From a virus: a DNA stretch of 64,000 nt. Below the pieces are notes generated by a model. That model ran no database searches. It saw only the letters and a program-made list of their open reading frames with translations, and was not told the origin of the DNA. The number at the start of each line of letters is the position of its first letter. The first letter of the stretch is position 1. This document shows, piece by piece, positions 48,868 through 58,169 of this stretch. The stretch is from IMG/VR virus record IMGVR_UViG_3300035698_017726, positions 1-64,000 of that record; one strand, given 5' to 3'. The translations under genes and the position numbers were made by a program.

Positions 48868-48949
48868 ACACTGACTCGCTGTGGCCGAGGGGCCTGCCTG
48901 TCCCTGTAGACGCCCTGACTACAAATCATCCATTCCCCGAGAGACCAAA

Positions 48950-49924
48950 ATGTCCCTGATGGAAACCCTAAGAGAGCAAGGCGTCACTGCTGAAGATCTC
49001 GAGAAGGCCGCCTCTGTGCGCCTGTTCGAGAAGGTAGCTGCGTCGGAAAGCGTAGACCTCAACTCCCTCAACGAAGCCCAAGTGAACGAGCTGTACGCTC
49101 ACTTCACAGAGAACGTCCTTCCCGGTATGGGCGGAGACGAAGCCCCAGCTGCCGCAGCCGAAGAGGCTCCCGCTGCTGATGCAAAGACCGCAGCGTATCA
49201 GACAGCTGCTACCACAGTTCTGTTCCTCAAGCAGGCTAGTGACGAAAAGATCGATGTCGCTAAGATGGACCAAAGCGAGCTGGACGGCCTCTACGCTCAC
49301 TTCACAGAGAACGTTCTCCCTGGCATGCTCCAGGAAGATGCGCCTACTGGCGAGAAGGATGCAGGAATGCGTCCCCCCACCGTCTACCTCTTCGAGAAGA
49401 TGGCAGCCGCCGAAAAGATCGATTTGGGAGCAATGTCCGATGACGACCTTGGTGGTCTCTACGGTCACTTCCTGAACGACGTTCTTCCTGGAATGCTTCC
49501 TTCTGAAGAAGCTGCTGCTCCAGAAGCTGCTGCTCCAGAGAGCAAGACTGCTTCTGCTGAAGACGTAGAAGAGGCCGCAGCCAAGCTGGCCGAAGCCGAT
49601 ATCCTTGGACGTCAGATGGCCGGTAGCTTCATGGCCGAGCTCAACAAGCAGGCCTCCGGCCTTCCTCCCTTCATGAAGAAGGATGAGGACAAGGATGAGG
49701 ACAAGGACGAGAAGGACAGCAAGGACAAGAAGGAAGACAAGGACGAGAAATGCGCGTCCTCTCCTCTCTTCGAGAAGCTGGCCGACGACCGCGCTGCTGA
49801 GATTCTTCAGGCCAATGGCGTAGACGCTGCAGCTGCTCCGGCAGATGAGCCCCAGTTCGACGACCTAGTCACTGCTCGAGCAGTAGAGAAGCTCAAGGGC
49901 CTCGGCTACCAGTTTGAGGAGTAG
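48950..49924 (+). CDS. Acidic scaffold-like protein with three internal repeats
   Basis: Three copies of LF.K.A..E.[VI]D...LY.HF...VLPGM; 11 K-x-A sites. Confidence 0.65.
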   Translation: MSLMETLREQGVTAEDLEKAASVRLFEKVAASESVDLNSLNEAQVNELYAHFTENVLPGMGGDEAPAAAAEEAPAADAKTAAYQTAATTVLFLKQASDEKIDVAKMDQSELDGLYAHFTENVLPGMLQEDAPTGEKDAGMRPPTVYLFEKMAAAEKIDLGAMSDDDLGGLYGHFLNDVLPGMLPSEEAAAPEAAAPESKTASAEDVEEAAAKLAEADILGRQMAGSFMAELNKQASGLPPFMKKDEDKDEDKDEKDSKDKKEDKDEKCASSPLFEKLADDRAAEILQANGVDAAAAPADEPQFDDLVTARAVEKLKGLGYQFEE

Positions 49925-50167
49925 GTGATGGTTAGGAGCAGCCCTCTTTGGTCTGCCTTCTTCGAGGAAACCTCGAAGCTGGCAGCTACGCCTGGAATGG
50001 CTGCTCCTGGCTCAGCCGTAGCTACGCCCAACGTAGCTACTACTGGTCAAGGTGGAACGAGCTTTATGGGTACTGGACGGACCGGTTCTGGACCTAACGC
50101 CCTGGCGCTTCCCTCCCCTTCTGTGACGACTATCTCTCCTACCCCTTTTCCACGATTCAGACCGTAA
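49925..50167 (+). CDS. Small protein with FFEETSKLA leader
   Basis: 80 aa, with a low-complexity tail after the leader. Confidence 0.55.
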   Translation: MMVRSSPLWSAFFEETSKLAATPGMAAPGSAVATPNVATTGQGGTSFMGTGRTGSGPNALALPSPSVTTISPTPFPRFRP

Positions 50168-50178
50168 GGATCCCAATC

Positions 50179-51039
50179 ATGAGCCGGAATCAATCAATGA
50201 TCGACGAAGCTCTGGAGCACGCCAAGCAGAGACTAGGCGCCGCCGGCTCCAGGGACTCCGAAAAGACCGCTTCTTCTACCCCGGACTTCGTTAAAGAAGC
50301 CACAGAAGTAGCCAATGCTCTAGAGTTCGTAGCCCGTAGCACCGTCGACGACGGTACTCCGCAAGCTCCCCACAACCAGAGCATCCTAGACGACTTCTTC
50401 AAGGGCGCCGCAGGCAAGAAGGGGCCCGCAGCTGGGTCCACTGATGCCGGTGGCACTCAGCAGCAGCCTCCAGTAGCCGGTAAGACCAAGATGCCCATTG
50501 GCAACACCGGAGCTACCAATCCAGAGAACAGTGAGTCTCCCGAAGGCGTGATGGGCCGCGATAAGTTCAAGCAGGAGCCCCCTGCCGTCAAGAAGCCTCC
50601 CCTGGATGGCGGCGGTAAGCAGGCCGGTCTCTCCATGTTCGACATTCTGATGTCGCAGCAAACAGAGAAGGAAGCTGCTGGTGGCGGACCCAAGGAGTTC
50701 TCATCTACTGATGCGGCTCCAGGCATTCCAAGCAAGAACGAGAACTCCAATCGTGATGCTCTCCTAGGCAGCAATGAAGCTCCGGTCAGCGCAACCAAGC
50801 GCGAAGCCAAGAAGCCCACCCGTGCTCGCCTTGCCGAAGTCTTTGCGCACACCCACGACACCGTTGGTGACGCTACGGCCAAGGCTGTGTGGCCCAATGC
50901 CGCTCAGAAGGGCGACATGAAGATCGCCGGTGCCAAGGAAGGATCCCTCTACGAGTTCAGTGAGCTCTTCGACCTCGCCTCAAAGGGTGAGCTTGGTAAG
51001 GAAGCTCAGGTCTGGGCCGCGCAAGTAGAGAGTATGTAA
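50179..51039 (+). CDS. K-x-A-rich disordered internal protein
   Basis: EKTAS, VKEAT, GKQAG, EKEAA, MKIAG; AAGGA SD. Confidence 0.65.
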   Translation: MSRNQSMIDEALEHAKQRLGAAGSRDSEKTASSTPDFVKEATEVANALEFVARSTVDDGTPQAPHNQSILDDFFKGAAGKKGPAAGSTDAGGTQQQPPVAGKTKMPIGNTGATNPENSESPEGVMGRDKFKQEPPAVKKPPLDGGGKQAGLSMFDILMSQQTEKEAAGGGPKEFSSTDAAPGIPSKNENSNRDALLGSNEAPVSATKREAKKPTRARLAEVFAHTHDTVGDATAKAVWPNAAQKGDMKIAGAKEGSLYEFSELFDLASKGELGKEAQVWAAQVESM

Positions 51040-51042
51040 GAG

Positions 51043-52797
51043 ATGGCTGCTCCAACCCTTTCAGTTGCCCTACAGCGGGGGAAGAAGACTTTGTTCAAGA
51101 AGCCTTCTCCTCAGCAGGGTGAGGTACCTGGAAAGGTTGCGGACATGGCCAATCCGACTACGTCCCAGTTGGACCTGCTGAACACCGTTCCGTCCGCAAG
51201 GATGGATCGGTATAAGCAGTACCTTCAGGGACACGCAGAGGCTCCGCCTATCGATGTTGTAGAGAAGGCTAGTCCAATTGCCCAAGCCGGAAGAGGCATA
51301 GGCACGGTAGCCGGGTCGGTGATTGGGGCCCCCGTCTCTGCCGTTGCTCGTTTGGGTGGTAGAGAGAGAGCACTCAGCGCGTTTAAGTCCACTCAAGGCC
51401 TAGGCGCGGATATAGGTGGTCGTCTTGGTGGGTTCGTAGGAACTGAGGCGCTAAAGGCCCAGGAAGCGAAGAGATCTCTTCGTGCCCAAGAAGCTGAGAG
51501 AGCTCTAGGGTCAGACGACCTACAAGCGAATATGGAAAACGCGGTCTGGAGTCAGCAGCTAGGCCAGAACAACACTCGTGGTGCGGCGCAAGACAAGGCT
51601 GACCTCGAAAAGGCCCGGATGAGGACCAAGCTTCTCAGCCAGGGGATGAACCTGTATGGTAAGTCTGTAGCCGGCGGTGGCCTACCTTCAGCACCTATAG
51701 ATTCCGGCCCAGGGATCGGAGAGCAGCTTAAAGACGCATTCAACTCCGTGAGGGGCTCCGTGACTGGAAAAACTGCTGGAATCGGCGAACCTAGTCAAGA
51801 TCAGTTGGATCTTCTGAATACGCATCCATCCATGCGCGCAGATAAGTACAAGCAGCATCTGCAGGGATACGTAGACCGCCCTCAGATTGACCCGGAGTCA
51901 GGGGTTGGAACGGGTAGAGTGACCGGCGGTGTTACCGGTGGGCTACTCGGAGCAGGACTTGGAAGTATTGTTGCTAGCGGCAACCCTTTGGCTGGCGCAG
52001 CTGTTGGTGGCGTCGCCGGTGCGGGTCTTGGTGCTTGGGGCGGCGGGTCTCTGGCGCGCAGTAATGCCCAGAGCACCAATGAAGATAACGCCATGTGGTC
52101 CGAGCACGCCAAGGAGCTCCTTGGTAACGAGGACCTCACTCCTCACATGGAGAACGCCGTCTGGAGACAACAGCAGCACCAAACCCAGATGCGAGAAGAG
52201 CAGGAAGCTGAAGAGCGGCAACGTCGCCAGGAGATGACGGCTAAGCTAGTCGGCCAGGCCATCGATGCCTATAAGGACCGGGGAACCCCACAGCCCGCTC
52301 TGCTACAAGAAGCTGCTCCTGCGCAAGAGCCAATGCACGTTGACCCTAGGTCGAGCTTTGGTTCTCCTCCCCCTGATGAACGTGCTCCCAAACTCAAAGA
52401 ACGAGCACCTAAGCTCAAGGCTAAGGACTCAAATCGCCCACTAGGCGATGAGGACATTCCTTCCTGGGCAGAAGACAAAGACGCGTTCCGCGCCGCACAG
52501 AAAGAAGTAGAGGGGTACAAGGCTGCGTCTCTACGTGACTACGCACAACTTTATGAATTTGCATCTACCGGTGAGCTAGGTAAAGAAGCTCAAGCGTATA
52601 TCACTGGCTTCGCCCAGCTAGTTGATGGTAAGCTTGGCAAACCATATCTCACTAAAGTCGCCGATGAAGCTTCAGTCCAAGAGTCTGCAGAGGATGCGAA
52701 AAAGCGTAGGCTTTCTTCGCTTCTGAAGAAGCAGGCACCTTCTGGGACTGTGACAGGATCGGCATCCCCGAACCCACCAATGGGATACCTACAATGA
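51043..52797 (+). CDS. Tandem glycine-zipper polyprotein-like protein
   Basis: Two homologous modules (QLDLLNT...MENAVW) separated by GKTAG. Confidence 0.65.
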   Translation: MAAPTLSVALQRGKKTLFKKPSPQQGEVPGKVADMANPTTSQLDLLNTVPSARMDRYKQYLQGHAEAPPIDVVEKASPIAQAGRGIGTVAGSVIGAPVSAVARLGGRERALSAFKSTQGLGADIGGRLGGFVGTEALKAQEAKRSLRAQEAERALGSDDLQANMENAVWSQQLGQNNTRGAAQDKADLEKARMRTKLLSQGMNLYGKSVAGGGLPSAPIDSGPGIGEQLKDAFNSVRGSVTGKTAGIGEPSQDQLDLLNTHPSMRADKYKQHLQGYVDRPQIDPESGVGTGRVTGGVTGGLLGAGLGSIVASGNPLAGAAVGGVAGAGLGAWGGGSLARSNAQSTNEDNAMWSEHAKELLGNEDLTPHMENAVWRQQQHQTQMREEQEAEERQRRQEMTAKLVGQAIDAYKDRGTPQPALLQEAAPAQEPMHVDPRSSFGSPPPDERAPKLKERAPKLKAKDSNRPLGDEDIPSWAEDKDAFRAAQKEVEGYKAASLRDYAQLYEFASTGELGKEAQAYITGFAQLVDGKLGKPYLTKVADEASVQESAEDAKKRRLSSLLKKQAPSGTVTGSASPNPPMGYLQ

Positions 52798-53162
52798 CTG
52801 TAAAGCTAGGATCGACACAGATCTCTGCAGTAGCTGCTCGGGGTGCCCAGACTATTCGCTCTCTGACAGAGAAGGCAGCTTCTTTGGATTCTGAGAACGA
52901 CGGTCTGCGTCAGGAACTGGCCGATCTGAGGCGTGATGCTCGCATCAGCAAGATCGCGTCGGAGATGGACGACAAGGGCCTTCAAGCAGACATGACCTTC
53001 GAAGAGAAGGTTGCAGCTCTCCGTGAACATGACAATCTCGACCTTGCAGAAGAGGCCGTGAAGTTTGCTTCTTTCGCCGTTCCGCTGGCTACCGTCTCTG
53101 AAGATGGGCCTACGGAGAATCAGGGCGGAAGTCTTCATGGCTATCTTGTGACAGGCGGATAG
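52794..53162 (+). CDS. Small coiled-coil scaffold-like protein
   Basis: EKAAS, SKIAS, EKVAA, VKFAS; precedes the capsid genes. Confidence 0.6.
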   Translation: MTVKLGSTQISAVAARGAQTIRSLTEKAASLDSENDGLRQELADLRRDARISKIASEMDDKGLQADMTFEEKVAALREHDNLDLAEEAVKFASFAVPLATVSEDGPTENQGGSLHGYLVTGG

Positions 53163-53172
53163 CAATCCGGCC

Positions 53173-53201
53173 TTGCATACATGCATCATAGGCCATACCA
53201 T
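53173..53201 (+). promoter_or_regulatory. Sigma70-type promoter of the capsid operon
   Basis: TTGCAT-N17-TACCAT followed by a TAAGGAGG SD. Confidence 0.6.
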
Positions 53202-53228
53202 TCAGGAAGTTAAGGAGGCCCACTTACC

Positions 53229-53792
53229 ATGGCCGGAACCTATATCTCAATCCTGCAGCCAGGTTACTCCACTCTGTGGACGCGTGACCTGCTGTACACG
53301 CCAGGCACCAATGAAAGTGCCTCCATCAACCCCTTCGATCCCAACGATGATCGACCCCTCGTAGAGGGTGAGTGGCTAGAGCATTCGTCTACGGTACAAA
53401 ACCGCGTCTCACGCGGCGGCGCCAATGGTGCCGGTGCTGGAGCATGTACTGCTCCAGGTATCAAAGAAAACGAAGGCATGAACCCCTCGTATATGTACTT
53501 CATGGAACAGGGACGGTACGACGCGCAAGCAACTAAGCGCGTTCACATGATCTTGGGCCCCTACGGATACGAGTTCCGTACCAAGCTCTGTGACGATACC
53601 GTGGCTATTCCGGTGAACACCGCTCTTACCGTCTGGGACTGGGATGGCCCGGCAGGCGCATGGGGCTTGGTACGTCGTGTTCTTGGAGCTCGCGTAGATG
53701 CGGCTTCTTGGACCGTTGGTCGCGTTGTTCGTGTCTTTGGCACAAACGACGTTAGCGTCATCTTCATGCCTGGTTCCGGCCACGCGGCCTAA
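53229..53792 (+). CDS. Probable head decoration/cement protein
   Basis: Immediately upstream of the MCP gene with a perfect SD; beta-rich. Confidence 0.55.
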   Translation: MAGTYISILQPGYSTLWTRDLLYTPGTNESASINPFDPNDDRPLVEGEWLEHSSTVQNRVSRGGANGAGAGACTAPGIKENEGMNPSYMYFMEQGRYDAQATKRVHMILGPYGYEFRTKLCDDTVAIPVNTALTVWDWDGPAGAWGLVRRVLGARVDAASWTVGRVVRVFGTNDVSVIFMPGSGHAA

Positions 53793-53802
53793 GGAGTACA
53801 CC

Positions 53803-54960
53803 ATGGATTACACTGCTGAAATGGTCAACTCCGGCTTCCTAGAGAGACTGGACACCGATGGCCCCACTAAGGTGGCCGCCAACACCCTCAACTACATCAA
53901 GGACAGGTTGCGTGAAGCGAGCTTCGCCGACATGATCGTCCCCGCTCAACGTGTTGTGCGTGGCGATCTACAGCGTAGTACCGAGCACGACACCATGGTC
54001 AAGATCGTGGACATCGAGCCCGGCTCACGCGCCATGAGCTTGAACTTCCGTGGCCAGCCCGAGGCCGTGTACATCACCGGTAAGCGCTATGCGATCACCT
54101 TCTGGACCATCTCGTCCATGAAGTTCGAGATCGTCGAGCAGGAGCTGATGGCGTACGAGATGCCTGTGACCAAGATCATTGAGGAGAACAGCCTCAAGGA
54201 TATGGTTGAGGTAAAGGACCGCGAGTTCCTGTACCACGTCGAGGCCTGCATCGAAGCTATGCAGAGTGAGGGTAATGCTGGCGCCACCGCGTTCAACACC
54301 ACGAACGTGAACCTCGGTCCCGCGACCGTGGTTGGTGTTTCCAAGCTGAAGGGCGAGCTCGCTCTCCAGCAGGTGACTGACGACTTCGTGTCGTACGCCA
54401 TCTCCCGTCCTGACATCGTCAAGATCAAGAAGCTGCTCAAGCGTCAGATTCTGGATGCCGCCGGTAACGTCGTGCGCCAGGGACGTCTCAAGCCAGCTCT
54501 GATGCTGATGACTGAGTCGGACACCGATGACTTCGACCAGTGGACCCATGAGGACTTTGGTGACAGGCTCCAGTCTGACACCACTACCGACGGGTACACC
54601 TACAACAAGGTCCTAGGTCTGCGCATCATCCGCACGATCAAGAACGACATCCTTCGTGAAGGCAACGTCTACATCTTCACCAGCCCTGAGTTCTTCGGTA
54701 GGAACTACATCCTCAACGATGTGAAGTTCTATATCGACAAGATCGCTAACCGGATCTTCTGGCAGGCCTGGATGGACATTGGTATGGGCTTCGGAAACAT
54801 CGCTTCCGTAGTCAAGCTTGAGCTCTACTCTGGCTCCACCATCACTGGTGCTACCGATACCGGCTTTGCGGCTGCCATCCCGGTTGAGGAAGAGGAAATC
54901 GGAGCTCAGAACAACAAGGCTGCAGACGGTCTGACCTTCCCCAGCATCACCGTCTACTAG
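53803..54960 (+). CDS. Major capsid protein (HK97 fold)
   Basis: 385 aa, AAGGAG SD, strongly C-ending codons and a downstream terminator; position after protease and scaffold; DRLRE.SF...E.KDREFL. Confidence 0.8.
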   Translation: MDYTAEMVNSGFLERLDTDGPTKVAANTLNYIKDRLREASFADMIVPAQRVVRGDLQRSTEHDTMVKIVDIEPGSRAMSLNFRGQPEAVYITGKRYAITFWTISSMKFEIVEQELMAYEMPVTKIIEENSLKDMVEVKDREFLYHVEACIEAMQSEGNAGATAFNTTNVNLGPATVVGVSKLKGELALQQVTDDFVSYAISRPDIVKIKKLLKRQILDAAGNVVRQGRLKPALMLMTESDTDDFDQWTHEDFGDRLQSDTTTDGYTYNKVLGLRIIRTIKNDILREGNVYIFTSPEFFGRNYILNDVKFYIDKIANRIFWQAWMDIGMGFGNIASVVKLELYSGSTITGATDTGFAAAIPVEEEEIGAQNNKAADGLTFPSITVY

Positions 54961-55020
54961 TAGCCGCAAGGCTACCAGAGGCAAAAGCGGCCTCGGTCCC
55001 TGTGGGGCCGGGGCCGTTTC
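54961..55020 (+). terminator. Tandem hairpins after the MCP gene
   Basis: TAGCC-GCAA-GGCTA, then GCGGCCTCGGTCCC-tgt-GGGGCCGGGGCCGT-TTC. Confidence 0.7.
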
Positions 55021-55034
55021 GCCATGGAGCTCCG

Positions 55035-55757
55035 ATGAGATACCTACTCAGAAACACCATTCGAGACACGCAGTACAAGACGAAGCGTGCTGCGCACCCA
55101 GGAAAGGCGAATAGACGGCCGATTATCGGCGGAAAGCCTCTTCCACCCAGCTCTACCAGAATTCTCCGTCTCCCGCAATTCACCAAGAAGATGCTGGATG
55201 AGATCGAGTACCATCAGGAGGTAGGTAACGTCGTCCTGCTCAGCGTAGGAAAGGCGGGACCCTGTGTAGACATCAACGCACTTAGGAAGCGTCTGGGATT
55301 CCCGATTCCAGTGACGCCCGGCCCAGTAGTGAAGACCGTCAGTGAGCCCGCTCCTGCAGTCTCCATCTCTGAGCCTGTAGAAGAGATTCAGATTCCAGAA
55401 GTAGCCCCGGTAGAAGAGGCACCTCTTCCAGTTCCTGAGCCAGAACCCGAGCCAGAACCCGAGCCCCAGATCGAAGTTCAAGTAGGCGTCGTTACGGCTG
55501 TGGTCACCCCCGGAGAAGATGGGGAGTTCGGAACTGAGGACGATGTAGTACAGCTAGGCGGCAGCATCATAGATGAGATCACCGAGCCTGATACTCCTGT
55601 AGAGGAAGAAGACGCCAAGCCGGTCTATACTGAGTCTGAGCTCAAGAAGATGAAGAACGACAAGCTCAGAGCAATTCTGTTGATGGAGCACGGAGTGAAG
55701 CTCCACGCCAAGAAGGCTGAGCTCGTTTCCACGATCCTCGAACTTCAGGAGGACTAA
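55035..55757 (+). CDS. Protein with Pro/Glu linker and C-terminal HeH/Rho-N-like domain
   Basis: (PE)n tract; YTESELKKM...KKAELVSTIL. Confidence 0.65.
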   Translation: MRYLLRNTIRDTQYKTKRAAHPGKANRRPIIGGKPLPPSSTRILRLPQFTKKMLDEIEYHQEVGNVVLLSVGKAGPCVDINALRKRLGFPIPVTPGPVVKTVSEPAPAVSISEPVEEIQIPEVAPVEEAPLPVPEPEPEPEPEPQIEVQVGVVTAVVTPGEDGEFGTEDDVVQLGGSIIDEITEPDTPVEEEDAKPVYTESELKKMKNDKLRAILLMEHGVKLHAKKAELVSTILELQED

Positions 55758-55762
55758 AGAGC

Positions 55763-56245
55763 ATGGCTCTCGTCCAAGTCCACAACATCTCAGACCGGAA
55801 TAGCACTAAGTCTCTACCAAAGGCGTTTCGCGTAGGCGGCATCAAAATCCGTCCTGGCAGCGCCGAGCTGGTAGATGACACTAACATCAACTCAAAGGTT
55901 CGTAGACTTCACGGCACACACCTGTGGATCGGTGCCCTTCCTCCTGCTCTCCTGAAGACCGCCAAGTCGCTCGTCAGAGAAAAGGAAGCTGCCCTCTCCT
56001 TGAAGACAGATCCCATGACCATTCAGGAAGCCAGAGAGTATCTCGGCAGTCTGACGGCCAAGGACATCAGGGTATTGGCAGACGGAATGGTTCCCCCACT
56101 GACGTTCAAGCGTGAGCCTCCTGTCCGTCAACTAGTCGCCAGAGTAAGCAGAGCCATGTTCAGTGGTACTCGTATCCTGGACCCGTCTGTTTTCTTCTGG
56201 TCTCGTAGATGGACTAAGTCAGGATCCGAATACGTAGAGAAGTAG
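55763..56245 (+). CDS. Hypothetical basic protein
   Basis: 160 aa in the head-neck region. Confidence 0.6.
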   Translation: MALVQVHNISDRNSTKSLPKAFRVGGIKIRPGSAELVDDTNINSKVRRLHGTHLWIGALPPALLKTAKSLVREKEAALSLKTDPMTIQEAREYLGSLTAKDIRVLADGMVPPLTFKREPPVRQLVARVSRAMFSGTRILDPSVFFWSRRWTKSGSEYVEK

Positions 56246-56246
56246 A

Positions 56247-56753
56247 ATGCTAGGCTTAGGTCCCACTATTGCGGTTCCTACGGCAAGCGCCCGCATGAAC
56301 GAGCTGATTGCACGCATTCGGCTCTTCACGCGGGACTTCCCCGAACTGAACCGACTCATCAAGGGTGAAGAGTCCAGCGACCGTATGATCGCTTGGGCGA
56401 TCATCGACACCCTTGATGATTGGAACTCCACCCCTCCATTTCTAAGCATGGCCGCATCCATTTCCAACTTCCCCTCGGAGCACTTGTTGGTCCGAGGGGC
56501 AGTCTGCTGTCTCCTAGAGAGTGTCGGTCTTCTTCAGACCCGGAACCACCTTCAGTTCTCTGATGGTGGCCTGTCTGTGTCGATCTCCGACAAGGCTCCG
56601 CTCATCATGAACTGGATTCAGCTCTTCAGAACGCAGTACGAGCAGAAGAAGCTCCGCATGAAGACGGCTATCAACATTGAGATGGCCTTCGATGGATCAG
56701 GAACCTTCTCAGAGTACTTCGCCGTCAACGGAATCTATATGGGAGCGTTCTAA
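56247..56753 (+). CDS. Head-tail adaptor (neck protein 1)
   Basis: IRLFTRD...FSDGGLSVS...W helical pattern; synteny. Confidence 0.65.
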   Translation: MLGLGPTIAVPTASARMNELIARIRLFTRDFPELNRLIKGEESSDRMIAWAIIDTLDDWNSTPPFLSMAASISNFPSEHLLVRGAVCCLLESVGLLQTRNHLQFSDGGLSVSISDKAPLIMNWIQLFRTQYEQKKLRMKTAINIEMAFDGSGTFSEYFAVNGIYMGAF

Positions 56754-57322
56754 TGCCCAAAGACATCCCGAACACCATCTGGAAGGCTGATGACCCTCTA
56801 GAGCGTAAAGTCCATGCTGCCGAGTATTGGTCCGAGCTCACAGGTAGAGATGAGTCCGCTAAGCGTGAAGCTGAGAGAGTTCCCTCTCCGCACGATGACG
56901 CTGAGGTGGAGTACGAGGATGGAGGGCACACCTTCGAAGATGAGAAGGATGCCTCTGTCCCTGAGGACCTGAAGGCACCGCTAGTTGGTGGAGCTATTGG
57001 GGGCACACTCGGTGCTGCTTCTGGGGCTGCTCTCGGCTACCACAATAGCCGTCCCGGTGCCGACGGTAAGAGCCGCTCCGAGATAGGAAGAGAGCGGAAG
57101 CTCAGGGATCATCTCGAAGACAAAGAGCGGGCCGGTAAGGCTCCAGGGCTTCGGGCCAAGTATCACCAGATGATGCTGAACGAGGCCGTCAAGAACAGGA
57201 AGTCTCCTCTTCGCGGAGCTCTAGGCACTGCCGTAGGAGTAGGAACTGTAGGAGCACTCAGCGGAGCTGGAGTCGGCGCTGAGTATCAAGGGGCTAAGAG
57301 TGATCACGCTTCGGAACTGTAG
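56753..57322 (+). CDS. Glycine-zipper protein with EKDAS site
   Basis: Acidic N-terminal part, EKDAS, then two Gly zippers. Confidence 0.6.
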   Translation: MPKDIPNTIWKADDPLERKVHAAEYWSELTGRDESAKREAERVPSPHDDAEVEYEDGGHTFEDEKDASVPEDLKAPLVGGAIGGTLGAASGAALGYHNSRPGADGKSRSEIGRERKLRDHLEDKERAGKAPGLRAKYHQMMLNEAVKNRKSPLRGALGTAVGVGTVGALSGAGVGAEYQGAKSDHASEL

Positions 57323-58169
57323 GGTCGTCTCCTTTAGCAGGGAGTACATGGATATCTTCTGGGAGGTTGAACCTACCAACGAGGATATCCAGGCCTTCGA
57401 GTTTTACGTGGAGCGGTCAGAAGCGGAAGCCGGACCTTGGCAGCAGATTGCGGGTCCCCTTATCGACAGGTACTACGTCAGAGACGACAGCGCGCCACAG
57501 CTCTACGTCGCTAGAAGGATGTTCTACCGAGTAAAGGTACGGAATACGCTACAGGGTTGGGAGTCTTACTCCGACGTCCTCATTCGTGAGGGAGAACGTG
57601 ACCTTATCTCTGAAGAGATTGTGCGCGCTGAAGCCGTCCTCTTCAGAGAGTTCGTAGGCCGCAAGTGTTGGATGTTCCCCGTACGCACCTTCGGCCAGAG
57701 ATGCCCTCAGTGCTACGACAAGGTGATGCAGAAGGCTACTGACGACAGATGCCCCACATGTTGGGGTACTGGCTACTCCGGAGGCTATCACTACCCTATC
57801 GCCTTCTGGGCGCAGCTGGATGAGGGAGAGGAGTCCATCTCGGCTGCCTCCGACCATCACAGCATGATACTGAACTTTACCATCAGAACTGGACCGTCTC
57901 CTGGGATGAAGCCAGGGGACCTGATCATCGATAATCTCAATAGACGGTCTAGAGTGCTTTCTTACTCCAGTACTCGCCGTTTAGGAGTACCTGTTAGGCA
58001 GGAATGCCGTATGGTTATGGTTCAGCCCAACAGCGTAGAAGACGCCATTCCTCTGCGCGTAGACCACGAAGACGAGGTGTTGGTGCCGCCTAGGAACTTT
58101 ACGAATCCCCAGTGTCTAGAAAGCGCTGACTCAAGCGTAGACGATATACTCGATAAGTATGGGTACTGA
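57300..58169 (+). CDS. Head closure/neck protein 2 with Ig-like N-domain and Zn finger
   Basis: W...FYVERS..YRVK, CPQC..CPTCWGTG, KPGDLII. Confidence 0.65.
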   Translation: MITLRNCRVVSFSREYMDIFWEVEPTNEDIQAFEFYVERSEAEAGPWQQIAGPLIDRYYVRDDSAPQLYVARRMFYRVKVRNTLQGWESYSDVLIREGERDLISEEIVRAEAVLFREFVGRKCWMFPVRTFGQRCPQCYDKVMQKATDDRCPTCWGTGYSGGYHYPIAFWAQLDEGEESISAASDHHSMILNFTIRTGPSPGMKPGDLIIDNLNRRSRVLSYSSTRRLGVPVRQECRMVMVQPNSVEDAIPLRVDHEDEVLVPPRNFTNPQCLESADSSVDDILDKYGY

